A stretch of 64,000 bases of DNA from Haliotis rufescens (lineage: Eukaryota). Position numbers and translations under genes: made by a program. The notes under the pieces were generated by a model. The model ran no database searches and was not told where the DNA came from. It saw only the letters and a list, made by a program, of their open reading frames with translations. Position 1 is the first letter of the stretch. Each line of letters begins with the position of its first letter. This document shows, piece after piece, positions 25,801 to 38,072 of the stretch. The stretch is from positions 27,838,001 through 27,902,000 of the forward strand of contig NW_025964223.1 in NCBI RefSeq assembly GCF_023055435.1. The letters run 5' to 3'.

Positions 25801-26086
25801 AAATAGTAATCCTAGGGTCGGTTGTGCTACACGTGTTCCATTGCCAAAGGTATGCTGTTCTGGGCACAAGACCTGTCAATCCCTTGACGTCTGGATAGCT
25901 GCTCCTATAGTAAGTCACGACATAGCGTCAGTTACGTTGTCGACATCGGGCTGCAACAACAACCTCCATCCTGCCGATGTCCGTTACCTATGGTGGGAGA
26001 GTCCATGTCCTTTGAGGTCGTGCGCTGTATATGGCAGGGACAACGATCTTCCTGCACCACCGTTCAAAACATCCAACGGACTTTAG
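19804..26086 (+). CDS. SIAE: Sialate O-acetylesterase-like (SGNH family) secreted or lysosomal esterase, intact 9-exon gene
   Basis: Exons 19804-19849, 20016-20350, 20729-20867, 23915-24080, 24180-24262, 24355-24485, 24656-24813, 25445-25643 and 25850-26086. All GT-AG with compatible phases and no stops. Signal peptide; YYGDHMVLQR, GDVWVCSGQSNM (catalytic Ser), WYQGE, DLPD..PWGPVHPR (Asp/His), LPAPPF; AATAAA at about 26112. Confidence 0.93.
21505..23858 (+). mobile_element. Penelope-like retroelement (RT + GIY-YIG), decayed, with inverted pLTRs, in SIAE intron 3
   Basis: VINLSS, KGLKF, IHKD.V.ARLLV, SYDVVNLFTNVP, WFRKVDDIF, LPFLDV, VYRKPTHT and GAVYHIPCNCGQVYI..LKTRIKEH. Segment 21505-21668 is the reverse complement of 23600-23858 apart from an internal deletion. 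Confidence 0.93.
23765..23810 (+). ncRNA. Minimal hammerhead-ribozyme-like motif in the Penelope pLTR (U3-A8 variant)
   Basis: TTGATAA-c-GGTGT(tagaacct)ACGCC-GAA-ACGT-C: core, 5-bp stem II and palindromic stem III. Stem I is weak. Confidence 0.55.
25215..25320. mobile_element. Short palindromic MITE
   Basis: About 30-bp imperfect TIRs ggccc..cacaaagcgatcgtagcgcta / tagcgctccgatcgctttgtgaacagggcc. Confidence 0.7.
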
Positions 26087-26576
26087 GGACTGATTGGAAA
26101 TATTCTCTTCAAATAAAATATATGAATAATTGATGATTCTATTTTACAACTATCTTTGAAGGTTTTAAATGATTACTGGTTCTTGGTAACCCTTTTTCGT
26201 GGACAAATAGCCACCAATGACAGACAGTACTGTCCGGTTCATGGCTCAGATAGATTTGTGAAAGATGGTCATGATCATATTTTTGCCAGAAGTATTGTCC
26301 GGTGAAATGTTACACTTTATATATTATAACAAGGACATGATACATGAACATGAACATACCCATGGAAAATGTTGAACTGCTGTTGATACTCTTCAGCAAT
26401 GACTGACTAAACACGCATCAACAAACACGAACATCCACTCATTGGCGGACAGACCTGAAACAAACCAAACTTCTTGTATGTACTAACAGTTACAGGTAAA
26501 GTTGATGAAATGGAACCTTTATTAAAAACTTAAGTTCCTTTCTCATCCCAATGGGTGTCTATTTAGACAGTTCCTG

Positions 26577-26711
26577 AATAATAATAATAATAATAATAAT
26601 TATAATAATAATAATACAGAAATATGGTCCATCTTTTATATGCTATATTTCAAAAGTATAAGTGTTTCGTTCCAAAATATAATTAATGATGGACCATATT
26701 TCTTGATTATT
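26577..26711. repeat. (TAA)n microsatellite plus small inverted-repeat element
   Basis: agaaatatggtccatc ... gatggaccatatttct flanking about 50 bp, next to a (TAA)n tract. Confidence 0.6.
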
Positions 26712-27029
26712 AGCATAGCTTTCACACATAAAACATGTACCTTAATACATTAGGTCCAGACATTAGCTCGCAAACACTTTAACTTTCAGGGTCAGAAGCT
26801 TATTCGTAGGTACCTACTATCTTTCGCAAATGTAGAGGCGTTTGTCAGAACATTCCAAGTTTGCCCATTTATATGCCTGACTGAAATACATGATAACACA
26901 GTCTTGCTCATGAATAGGTGTCTGGTTAGGCTCTCCTGATGCCCAGGCTGTATAGACGGCTGGCTATTGATCGCTGTCCCAGATCCGCAGACTCTCGTTG
27001 ACTGTATCAATTGTAATATCATATGAAAC

Positions 27030-27200
27030 AATTTGTTTGTTTTGTTAATTGTCTGACGCGCACTCAGCAGCAATGCAGCTACATTCTGATAGCCTGCAAC
27101 TATTGTATTGTGGGTCCGAGAAGCCAGTGGTTGATATGCGCACTCTCCCATGCCGTCTGGGTACTATACAATCAGCCAAGCCGCTGACCACCTGCATGAT
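27030..27200 (-). mobile_element. Degraded SINE (family A related)
   Basis: (TTTG)n followed by gcactcagca and a cagccaagccgctgaccacc motif. Confidence 0.5.
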
Positions 27201-27289
27201 CCATGCAGCCGTGAAACCATAAACTGTGAGAGAGCGTCCTATAAAGCCTTTAGAAGAGATAGCCACTTGTCACCAGAAATTAACTCAGT

Positions 27290-27985
27290 CTTGATAGCTA
27301 AGCTAACTTCAGTAGTTTCTGAGAAAAGTGTCCCCATTGCACACACTATGCACCAAGTAAAATAACATGGATCAAGGGCTATAACTCTGAAAACAAATAA
27401 TTTACGGGGAACATTTTCGAACTTAGTCTTGACACGTATCTCTTAGATAAGCATGCAAAACTTTCGTTCCTGTGAAGACTTGTCCCCATTGCAGACAGTA
27501 TGCACCAAGTTGAAAAGCACGGAGCAATGGCCATAACTCTGTAAAACAATACTTGGCAGGACCAATTGTCGAACCCAAGTCTTGACAAGTATCTCTTGCA
27601 TAAGATTGCAAAGTTTCATTCATGTAACGTCAGTAGTTTCTGAAAAAAAGTTGTCCACATTGCAAACACTATGCACTAAGTTGAAAAGCAAACTGACTCT
27701 GCAAAACAATAATGTACGGCACCAGTTTGCGAATTTATACCTTAAATATATAAGCATGCAAACTTTCATTCTTGTAATTTCACACAGTATGCACTAAGTT
27801 CAAAAGCATGGAGCAAGGGCCATCACTATGTACGACACCAAGTTTCGAACTCATTTGAGATCGTAATCAGTTACATCAGTGTTAAAAGTTCATTTCTCTA
27901 ACTTGAATAGTTTTTGAGAAAACTTGACAACATTGAGAAGCGGAAGGACGGACGGACGGACGGACTCCGTTCCTGTACCCCCCGT
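27290..27985 (+). mobile_element. Non-autonomous Helentron/DINE-1/pearl-like element with about 150-bp internal tandem units
   Basis: Three to four imperfect units (agtagtttctga..cattgca.acactatgcac.aagt..aagggc.ataactct) followed by (GACG)n, the architecture typical of molluscan HINE/pearl repeats. Confidence 0.6.
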
Positions 27986-29738
27986 CACACTTCGTGTGGA
28001 CCTTACAAAATTAACTGATCTGGTTACAGCTAAGTAGTTTGGCCAGGATATATTTCCTGGGGTACCAGGTGCGTCAGTTTTGCTCATCTAAACATTCGTG
28101 TATAGTAATCCTTGCACAGGCGCAACACTGCGTTATGTCTGTTCTGGTCCATCGACCGCTGGATAATCCATACCTCGAACAAAGAAATAAATTCCCATTT
28201 CTAGTAGCTCGGATATATTTTGCGCCGATCATGTCATAAATCAATTGAAAACATTCCTACCTTCCAATGTTATACCTGCAAACTGAACCTCACTACGAGG
28301 GTGAAGAACGATTAACCTGAACTGATTATCGGTGGAAAAAGGTGTTTGTGTATACAAATTGCAGACGTCGTTTATGTAGCTTGTCACCCGAAGTACATAT
28401 TCTACTATGGCTGTCGATAACCCTTTAGAACAGCTTATCATACATGATAAAATAAATTTTAGAACACACAATTAAGTAAACCCGACCCTAAACACTGTCA
28501 CTTCTTTCACATGCTGGTGTCACTGGTAGATCACATGTTGTTCAATGCCAACTTGTCTTCAGCTCAAAAACGGCTGTATTCCGCTGATAATGTGGTTGTG
28601 CCAGCAGGCCCATTTCCACGTGGAAATCATCAGGTGAATGTTAAACATAGTTACACATAGGGATTGTCTACTGGGTTCGTCGAATTTGTACGGAGCACTA
28701 TCACAGTAGTAAGCAGTAAAATATATATGCTACACGTTGCGATGCTATTATATATATGAAGGGTTACTATTATATATAAAAAACGATGTTTTTGGTATCC
28801 ATTATTCTTACCCGGTCATGAATATAAGTGATTTATCTTGAACTTGAGTAATATTTGTCATGAATTTCAGTAGATTTTCATGTAGGAGTACATTTTCAAA
28901 GCGTCCTTAGGCTCAATTCATTGTGTAACTAGGTTGTCGAACCCGGTTCTCTGGCTCGACGATCGAACGATCTAACGTGTTGTCTACCCTAGTGTATAAC
29001 ATTCTGCCTTTTTCAGTGATGTTAAATGTACTTAACTGTAGGATATGGAAAATGCTTTTGTATTGAGGCGTTCAGTGCATAGCACCAGTGGCTTTGTACT
29101 TCAAAACTCCAAGGTAAAGATCAGGGAATAAAACACATGGCGACCTATATGTTGACCTTTCTATGCTGTCGAGCTAAGACGATTACCTTGATCTCAGAGG
29201 TTCTCTGAACCTTGCGAGAGTTTTAAATACATAGACATCTGGAAGTTTCGTGACACGCTGTTTATGACACAGACGCACAAAATAAATGTATGTTCTTCGG
29301 ATTGTTCTTGCCAACGTCAATACACATTATACGGCAATGGAAGGCATGTACAATTTCATATTTTTAATGAATTACACATTTATGTTATGAAAATATTAAT
29401 ATCTTATCAGTATAATGAATATCAATACTAACATCTTATAGATTGTTAGCATAAGCTGAGCTCGAGAATATATTTGTACACTGATTTTTAGAAAAGTTTA
29501 TATATCAGGTAGCTTTTTGTGACAATCACCACAACAAAATTAGAAATCCGAACAAAACGGAAACATGGAAATAATAATTTTAATAATATATTTAAACTAA
29601 AAAGAATAACCTTTATTTATCGCAGTATATGTGTGCTGTCATGGTTTGTGTATTCATAAATCATCAATTAAACGTATTAAGATTTTATTCTGCTACATTT
29701 GTGCCAATTGAAGTTCCATTTTATAGATATGGTTCAGA

Positions 29739-30022
29739 GTGAGTGAGTGAATGAGTTGGATTTAACGCCGCTTTTAACAGTATTACAGTTATATCGCGGC
29801 GTGTCAGCTTAATGTGGGAGGAAAGCTCGAAGTGATGCAGGTCTTAGACGTTTACAACTTATGTGAAACCCACGAACACGGGTATGGTGCTGACAAACCT
29901 AGAAACACAATCGGGGCGAATCGGGATTCGAACCCACAATCATAGGTTTCTGGCGTGCCCAAGGGACGCAACTCTGCACTGGGAATCGCGGCTCCTTAGA
30001 CGACTGGGCCACCCGTGCCCCC
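29739..30022 (-). mobile_element. tRNA-derived SINE family B, full length
   Basis: A box tggcccagtcgtctaagg, B box ggttcgaatcc, (ACTC)n tail; 13-bp TSD gatatggttcaga (29726-29738 / 30023-30035). Confidence 0.9.
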
Positions 30023-30859
30023 GATATGGTTCAGAAGACAAAAGAACATTCTCCGTGCTACTTGCTCTGGTAAGTCGAATTTAAACACATTTTAAAAGCA
30101 GTTTTTATCGCATGTGTTGTGTGCGGGCAAAGTGATTACTTTCCGAGGAACAATAAAGAAAGTGCTGACCAATGTATATGTTGACGGATAACCTGGCTAA
30201 AGTTAGACAATCAAACTTTTGGATATCACGCTTACGAAAAAACAAAGGTAACATTAATCGTTTATCACGAAACCAAGAAATCATATACTATAATTGGAAA
30301 TGGTATGCATGTACATTGTGTACATGTACATGTATAGTGCTGCCATGGTACACCTTTCGCCAATCGAGGTCATATCCCAATGAATGTCATTTGATATTTT
30401 CACACAATTCAAAATTAACCTACACGGAGACTTAAATCCAGCAACAGAAATATTGACGTAGTATCTTCATCGTAGTCTACATACTACGGAAGCATACGAT
30501 GCCACATGGAAGCATTATTGTTAGGAGTTTTGATCTCTTAAGAAGGACTTTGTCATCACGTTAAGAATGAGTTGGGAGACGGTGTTAATCTTTCTACGTT
30601 ACCACACAAGAACCACAACAAATGAAAAAATACATTGTAACACATACGACTAACTGATTCAATCGGCTGTATAGTGTATGGCATAGTATCTACTTTAAAA
30701 TAGTTTGTCTATGATGCAGTTAGAACGCGACTTATACTCTTGAAATACTCGGGGATACTCGGAAATAACTTAAAATTATTACTTTCTAGTAACATTTGTG
30801 TGATGCTAATGAACGAATTTGGAACACATTGGCAGTAGTTCAGTACAGTAGATGTTATG

Positions 30860-31861
30860 ACCGCCAACGATCTTGAAGGACGATAGGAGTAAGATGGGAT
30901 GTTGTGCTGCTGAGGGTGAGCATTGGCGATTCATGCACGGCGAGAACGGGCGTTGTTGTCCTGAAAGACAAAACGTCGACCAACGCGCCTTGCAAACGGG
31001 ACAACAATGGGTGTCACTATGTTGTCCCGATAGTGTCCATTAACCATTCCTTGCACAATATGGAGTGGGGTTCGCTTAGTCATAGTGATTCCACCCCTCA
31101 CCGCCAGATCTGTCATGAGGTCTCAGGTTGACATGGCTTGACGTTCGTTTCGACGTCGCCAGACACGACCACGCCTATCATCTGAAAACACGACCAGCGA
31201 CGATTACCCCAGATTCGACGTTGTTTACACCATTGGCGTCTTTTGGCAATATGGCGATTTGTAAGGGGGTGGCACCACACGTGGCCGTCGAACATGAGCT
31301 ACATGAAGACGATTTCCAATCGTCTGACGCGTACTCGTACTCCAATCGCCTGATGCATGTTTGTAGCAATTTGATTCGCATTTTGAGCTCGTTTTCGATC
31401 AATCGATCTCGCACTCTTGTCGTTGACCTGGGTACGCACTGAACGGGGTCGGTCGTCAAAATTTGGGGTTTGTTGGTACCTGGTCTATAGTCTGCTTATC
31501 ACAAACTTTGAAACATTGAACGTATTGGCCACGCACGCTGACTTCTGCCAGTTTTCAGCATGCCAATAGCCCGTAGATGCTCCGCGCTTTGCAGGCACCG
31601 GTTCGCTAGTTCGTGCACAAACAATGAATGAAATCAAAATAAATCACAAATGAAATAGTGGGATTAGAAATATAGCCACAGATATTATGGTCCACAGAAA
31701 TTAATCGACCTTCTTTGAAAGGAATGGCACTACGCACGTGCAAACTATGGGATGTGTTTTGGTGTTCATGTATAGGATGTTTTTTTCTTCAACACTTGTC
31801 TTATTTCTAATACTTGGTATTAACATTTACATGTCACGATCCCCAACTTTTTGTAAAAGTG
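30860..31861 (-). mobile_element. Decayed Tc1/mariner element
   Basis: RAIGMLKTG, KRRQWC and FVFQDNNAR fragments; TIR-like end tacacttttacaaaaagttggggatc at about 31840-31863. Confidence 0.8.
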
Positions 31862-32171
31862 TACATATCAAATGAAGGCGGTGTAATATTATATACTAGT
31901 ATGTAACAAACTGGTAAATTGTGTATCGGTGCACAAAATATAACCTTGATGTAGTAGCTGTAATCCATTGTGAAACCAAAGCGATGAAATTAACATGAAT
32001 ATTTCTGAATATTGTACACAGATAAGAGAAGTCAAAGAAGTAAAGAAGGATGCGAATAGAAGTCTCCGTCAAACAGGCGGAATGATACATGCATAACTGT
32101 TCATCATAGTTACCGTAGCTCCATTGGAAGCCACAGCGGTATATAGAGTATCACACTGCATAAATATATGT

Positions 32172-32209
<38 letters not shown>

Positions 32210-32654
32210 AGTCACACCACATAATTACTCATCACATTTCGTAATCATATGTGCAGAAATAACTGAGTTATTGGCGAAGTTTACATTTTCTATATGTTGG
32301 ATGAGAAATCTGTGAGACATATTGGACAAAATACATCACATGGTATCACCTACATACAATTGTAGCCTCATAAAGCCACGCGTTTCAGGAGAGATGTCGG
32401 AAGTGGAGCAATACTTTACACAGAGAGGGTTGTCTAAAGGCCAAAGGCAGTGACTGGGTCAAAAATCGAAGTATGCCAAAACTCATTACATCTTATAACG
32501 AACGACAGACCTAAAACACACATAATATCAATAATGAAAAAAACAAACATTGAAAACTCAATCTAATTTATTCTTTTAACGTAAATACATCTATCAAGGG
32601 TGGCAAATATTTCCTTTCAATACGTTCAGGTCCTGCGTTCCGTATGTAATGACT

Positions 32655-33883
32655 TTACTGTGGAACTGACCTGAAAGGAAAGAAAACTACTACTAACTAA
32701 ACATTCAGCCAGTTAACACTGACATTGCAAAATGTTACATTAAATCGCGGATCAATATGTACTGTTCGCAATAGCTTAAAACCTTGATTTACTAAAATGC
32801 AATCGTAGCGTCCCAACTTGGATAATTGCAATCACATCATGCACATGTTCCGACAAACTGGATTCTAGACATGGTTTTATGGCTCACATTTACGCACTTA
32901 CTGTTTTTCACAAAGGTAATTGTGCTTGACTGCACAACCGGAATCTGCCCATTGGAATCCATGATAAGAATACATGAGTACACAATCTTGCTCGTGATCA
33001 GATGTTTGGTTTGGCTCTGTTGGTGCCCAATCTTTGAAGGTAACTGCTTTCTGATCGCTGTCCCAGACCCATGCACCTTCTTTGTGTAAGTCGTTGGCCC
33101 CAATCCAAACACTTTCGTTCACTTAGTAGGAGAAAAAATGTATTAAATGGATTTATCTGGAGAAAAGACCTCACATATAATCTTAAAGAAACTAAGGTGA
33201 ACGTATTACGTAGTATTGTACCTTTATCGTGCTTGTAGAACAGATTGTCGAAATTAATGCAGTAAATAATACAAGTAACCGAGCACTTTTTAAAAATAAT
33301 ATTGTTACTATATGTCATGCATCAATAATGAATAGATGCTTTTCTGGTTAAAACATATCCGTTTTACTTAATCATGAACAATATAGAGAGAAATGTACGT
33401 CTTAGGTAGTTGAGAAATTCCTTGGCGTTGTCATTGTTGGTCTTTGTGTTGAGTGTTGCGAGCTGAGAACCGAACTCGATGCAAAACGCCTGCATAATAT
33501 ATAAACACATACACATTTAATGCTATTAAAAACAACTTTGATTTGTGCACATCTATGCAACCAATTATAATACCTCTTTGTGTGTCTCTTTACCTTTTAC
33601 GTTGAAAGATCTTACTCACCTTTGCATATTGCCATGAATGTTTGTTGGTAAATAACGAGTAACAGGAATTGTCATATTTGGTCCATCCATTTGGACACAC
33701 ACCTGTAGTATGACAACAACAAATGCCAGTTATAAGAGTACACATATTACTCTCCGACATACATGATTTCGAAAGCGTACATCCTAATACTTAGAACGGA
33801 AGTCGTTATTCAGTCATACCTGTCACTTCAACGGTGAAACTGGAGAGTGTAACGCAGACACAGAAAGCGAGCAGGCGGTGCAT
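32655..33883 (-). CDS. Secreted single-domain C-type lectin (perlucin-like), gene A, 5 exons, EPN/WAD motifs
   Basis: Exons 33883-33820 (MHRLLAFCVCVTLSSFTVEVT), 33702-33620 (CPNGW..SCY..SW), 33489-33399 (C..G.QLA), 33121-32902 (WIGAND..EPN..DC..WADSGC..YLCE) and 32670-32655. Phases consistent; TATAAA at about 33955; AATAAA at about 32570. Confidence 0.92.
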
Positions 33884-34810
33884 ACTGAAGGTATCGGAGC
33901 AATGTACACGGAGTAGAACGAGGTTATCTCTACCTATGTACACTGTGAATATTTATAATACACGTTTTTCTACTTATCTGCGAATATGATAAGATATAAA
34001 TATCTAACACACGCATTTTCAAGCATTTGATTGCAGGCAATTGTGTTAGTGTGAGGCTTCGTTTAACAGAAGACAAACATGACCTAAAAGAAAGAGATTG
34101 GTAAGATAGACTCTCTTTATCATATAATGGATGGGTTTCTCGGCCGGATAAAGCCAACGGATAAAAACGATATCCGTTGGTGTCATATGCGGATAGAGAT
34201 GCAAATATCAAAGATCAAGTAGGGACTACTTTCAATGTTTTTAAACAAACATGGGATCACGTTACATATCTGTTCTTGTAGACCTCTGCGGCTTGGAACC
34301 TTTTCCACATATAAAAATAGTTGGATTTGGCCGAAATATGTTTGAATTGTTACCCTTTTTCGTTTTGTCGCTGTGTGTACATCCGACAGCACTTCTTAAC
34401 GTTATGACAGGCCAGACTGTCAACAACGTCTGACCGTGGCCGTCACGTCTCATAGACTAGGGTAAGAGTAGCTTCCCTTTGACAAAGGGCAGTTACTCTG
34501 GCGGACGGACCGATGGATTGTCGCGAAAGGCAAGTAACAACAGTTGTTGTTTTGCGTATATGTTGCTTCGCCACTGTATAAGAAACAGATTTCAATTGGA
34601 ACTATATTGGCTACTGTCTCTGTCCGACTAACATATCACTTACCCTTTGACGTAATAAATATTAATGCGCGCATTCCAGGAAAACTCGCAATGTTTCGGT
34701 AATGTTTGTGAGAAAGGGAAAGCGATTTTCACGCACAGAATTAAAGAATGACATTATATGATAAAGAGGTTTTTACGCTTGTGTGTTTGGGGATGGTAAA
34801 TATCCTGTAT

Positions 34811-35347
34811 TAGACAGAAACCCCCGTGGTGGCGTGTTTTATAAATACAAGAAATGAAAACGTATCATGGACACAAGGAAATTCATGCCTCACATATGTC
34901 CAACAAGTCCAAGCCTCGCTAAATACAATGTTTATTCCTAATACAGGATATTTACCATTTCCAAACACACTCGCGTGATAACCTCTATTGACTATGCCTT
35001 GTCTGGGCCGAAGACGCTGAGCGAGGATGGATGTGGCATCATGGTTAACATAGCTCTTTTAGCTGGTTACATCGACAAGCGATTCTCACTTAAGCAACAA
35101 GATGGGAAGATGATCATGACATAGCGCAAGCTTTACAACGCTTACGGTTTATTGAGGAATAGAGAGTAAGTTAAATGATCCTGAATGTTGAATGAAGGGG
35201 GCAGCAAGTTTAAGTACCAAACGTAATACAGGAGCTGTTTGTAAATGTTGAATTCAAGAACATCTGTGAGGCATGAATTTCCTTGTGTCCATGATACGAT
35301 TTCATTTCTTGTATTTATAAAACACGCCACCACGGGGTTTCTGTCTA
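34811..35347. mobile_element. MITE with about 88-bp TIRs and TAG...CTA ends
   Basis: 34811-34900 is a near-perfect reverse complement of 35260-35347; ctgtat occurs on both sides. Confidence 0.8.
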
Positions 35348-35699
35348 CTGTATAGAAGGATGACTCCCATTATAAGGGACAGGCAAAACAACTTCTGAAA
35401 GTTGTAAAGGTATATTCTCTGAAAATGAATGAATAGGGTTGAATAAGTTCATTATTGATGAAAAGCTATCAAACCAAAGGGAAGCCAGTATTCGGAGCAG
35501 ATCAAGGGTACCCTGTAACATTTTGTTGAAACCAACAGCTGACAATACTTCGGGCATTGTAGGTAGTCAGTATCTGTGTAAACCAACACTGTTTCTGATC
35601 CTGTCCGGGGCCCTCACCTCGATATCATTACCGGGTATCGCAATAACAGCCTATGGTGTGACCTTGCTCTCCCGGATGAAACGTTGCCGCAGGTTTGCT

Positions 35700-36440
35700 T
35701 CTGTGAACAGGGCGACTAATTATAACTTCATCTCAGTGATATTCGATAGGGCTAACGTCAAGATAACAAGCAGGCCAACACATACTGCATACGCCTTGTT
35801 GCCGAATAAAGACAATGACCACAGTTCCACGTTGGGGACGAACCCATCCTGAAAGATCTATATAACGACGCATAGGTCTCGTGAAATTAATGGTAACACA
35901 TTTCAGACTAATATTATATACTAGTATCATTAATGTAGCGCTGTGCGGTGATATTGCCAACAAGAATGTGTAAATGAAATAACTGTTATGCCACCAGGAC
36001 CAGCATGGAACTACTACCATATCTACTGATCCTGCTCTTATCTCACAAGAGAACTGATTCCAACGCTGATGTAGGCACCAAAGGAAACGATCTTACCTGT
36101 GACATGGTGTCAGCGATAGATGATTTTTTGAACGTTGAGAATGGAGGCTGCCAGAAGGCAACTGCTTCTCATGATGGCTTTTAACATAATGTGAACGTTT
36201 GTGTCATGAAAATGATCACCATATGAATGATGTGAGGTCAGAAACCTGCTACTCAGGACCAGGGTAAGAAGGTACTTATCATCCCTAAGTGTAGGTCGAC
36301 AATTGCAAAGGTTCCGGTGGTTTTGGAGTCTGAGTGACGTTAAAACGTTCTGTACCCGACGTTGACCATCAACCATTTGGAACATCCTAAAAGCTCTGAC
36401 ACGATTTTCAATGCTCAGATATCGCCGCATTGTTGCCAAT
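35700..36440 (-). mobile_element. Highly decayed Tc1/mariner remnant
   Basis: MRRYLSIENRVRAFRM and WPACYLDVSPIE fragments. Confidence 0.65.
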
Positions 36441-37034
36441 GTCTATTGTAATCTGCTGTCGTTAATGAGGATGGAAACACTGTGACTATGCCTAGAGTTG
36501 CACCTGTAGATAATGATTGTTTTTGGTCCGGTGTTACCTGTACCATCAATACAAAACTGAAATTTTAGTAATTTGGTCAGTGTTTCCCGCCCTTGCATCA
36601 TTTATTCTTGTTCGAAAATGATATTAATAGTGTCAAGAACGTCATCATTGCGGAGTTTGTCGACTCTACCATTCATATCCATACGATAGACCATTCAACA
36701 GTTATGTCGGACATATACTGTATTAGGTAAAAAGGACGCTATATGACGTCGACAATCAAGAGAAGTTCAATAGGTGTAAGTTGGTAGCGAAACAGCGCAG
36801 ATATATATTGGTGGATATATGAGCATTTTGGATTGTTACAAATACCTTAACGCATTGTAGAAATTGTGGGAAACTTACCACACAAAATGGAAATAAACAC
36901 CACTTAATTGTATTTCGCAGACTGTTATGTTTGTATGTGTTATTCCTTAGATACTAGTATTCATATTCTTACAAACGCCCTTACTCTACAGGGAACTAAT
37001 GAAGATCCCACGATGGAACCATAGCTTCCACCCC

Positions 37035-37891
37035 CACCCCATACCATAACGCTGCCGCCCCTGAACCGATCTTCTTCCATGACACAATGATTGAAGTAAC
37101 GTTCACCTCGACGTCGGTACACTCGAATCCGTCCATCGCTGTGGCCATGGCTGATGTGAAAACGAGACTCGTCAGTGAATAGAACTTGTCCCCACGGACA
37201 AAAAAAACCCACTGTAGACGTGCTTGACGGTGGTTTCCTGTCAAAATGGGACGTCTGTAGGGTCTTCTGGCGACAATCCCTGCACATCTGTGGCGACGAC
37301 GTACGGTTTGTGAAGATATTCGTCAAAGGCCAGGGATGCTTCTTGCAGTCACTGTTGCTGTTTTGAATCGATTTCGTAGATGTGTTGATCATCAAGTTGT
37401 CTTGTCGATTATTGGTTACGCGTTGCCTGCCACTCCGAGGATGGTCTCTGACTGCATTCGTCTGTTGCTAACGTTACCATAAACACCAAATTGTGTTTCT
37501 GTGGACGTTAAATTCTCTTAACATCACGTCGACTTGATCGTGATTCAAGCATACCAATGCCTCGCAGACGCTCATTTTCGGACAGGCGTGGCATTTCGTA
37601 CTGTTGAATAATTGCGTAATTTTGTTGTTTTTCTGAGTGGTTGTTGTCAGCACGATGCAAAACATGGCACATGGAATCCCGTTAACGCATATGTTTTTAC
37701 ACCAATTCTTGTGTAGTGAAATGCATGGGGCTTACATAAAGTCAACTTTTGCATGGAATACATGCTTTTCTGTAGCAGTTGCGTTTTTGTGACTTGATTC
37801 CATACATGTACTACAATATTGAAAACCAAACTTAACTTGTTTGAAAAATACACTAAAATATTGGTGTCACGGGAACTTCTGTTGTTGAGTA
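37035..37891 (-). mobile_element. Tc1/mariner, 3'-truncated copy of the 7351-8821 family
   Basis: Colinear with 7965-8821 including the TIR (tgtcacgggaacttctgttgttgagta); FTDESRF...GGSVMVWG. Confidence 0.93.
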
Positions 37892-38072
37892 TATCATTCC
37901 AATATAGTATCTAATGGTTCGTACAAACGTGACATAAAAATAAAGATTGATTTTAGAAGTATTCTGAGACTCATTTATTGGCTATATACACGATACAGGT
38001 ATCGATGATATAAACGCTGGGAGTTTGGTGCTGATGGTGTACCACCTGTTGACGCAGGGACATCAAACTATA

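Noticed and set aside
29900-30022. tRNA genes at SINE heads (also 47130-47240, 55314-55420, 62865-62937)
   Set aside because: A and B boxes are present but attached to SINE bodies and tails (with clear TSDs in two cases); no intact cloverleaf.
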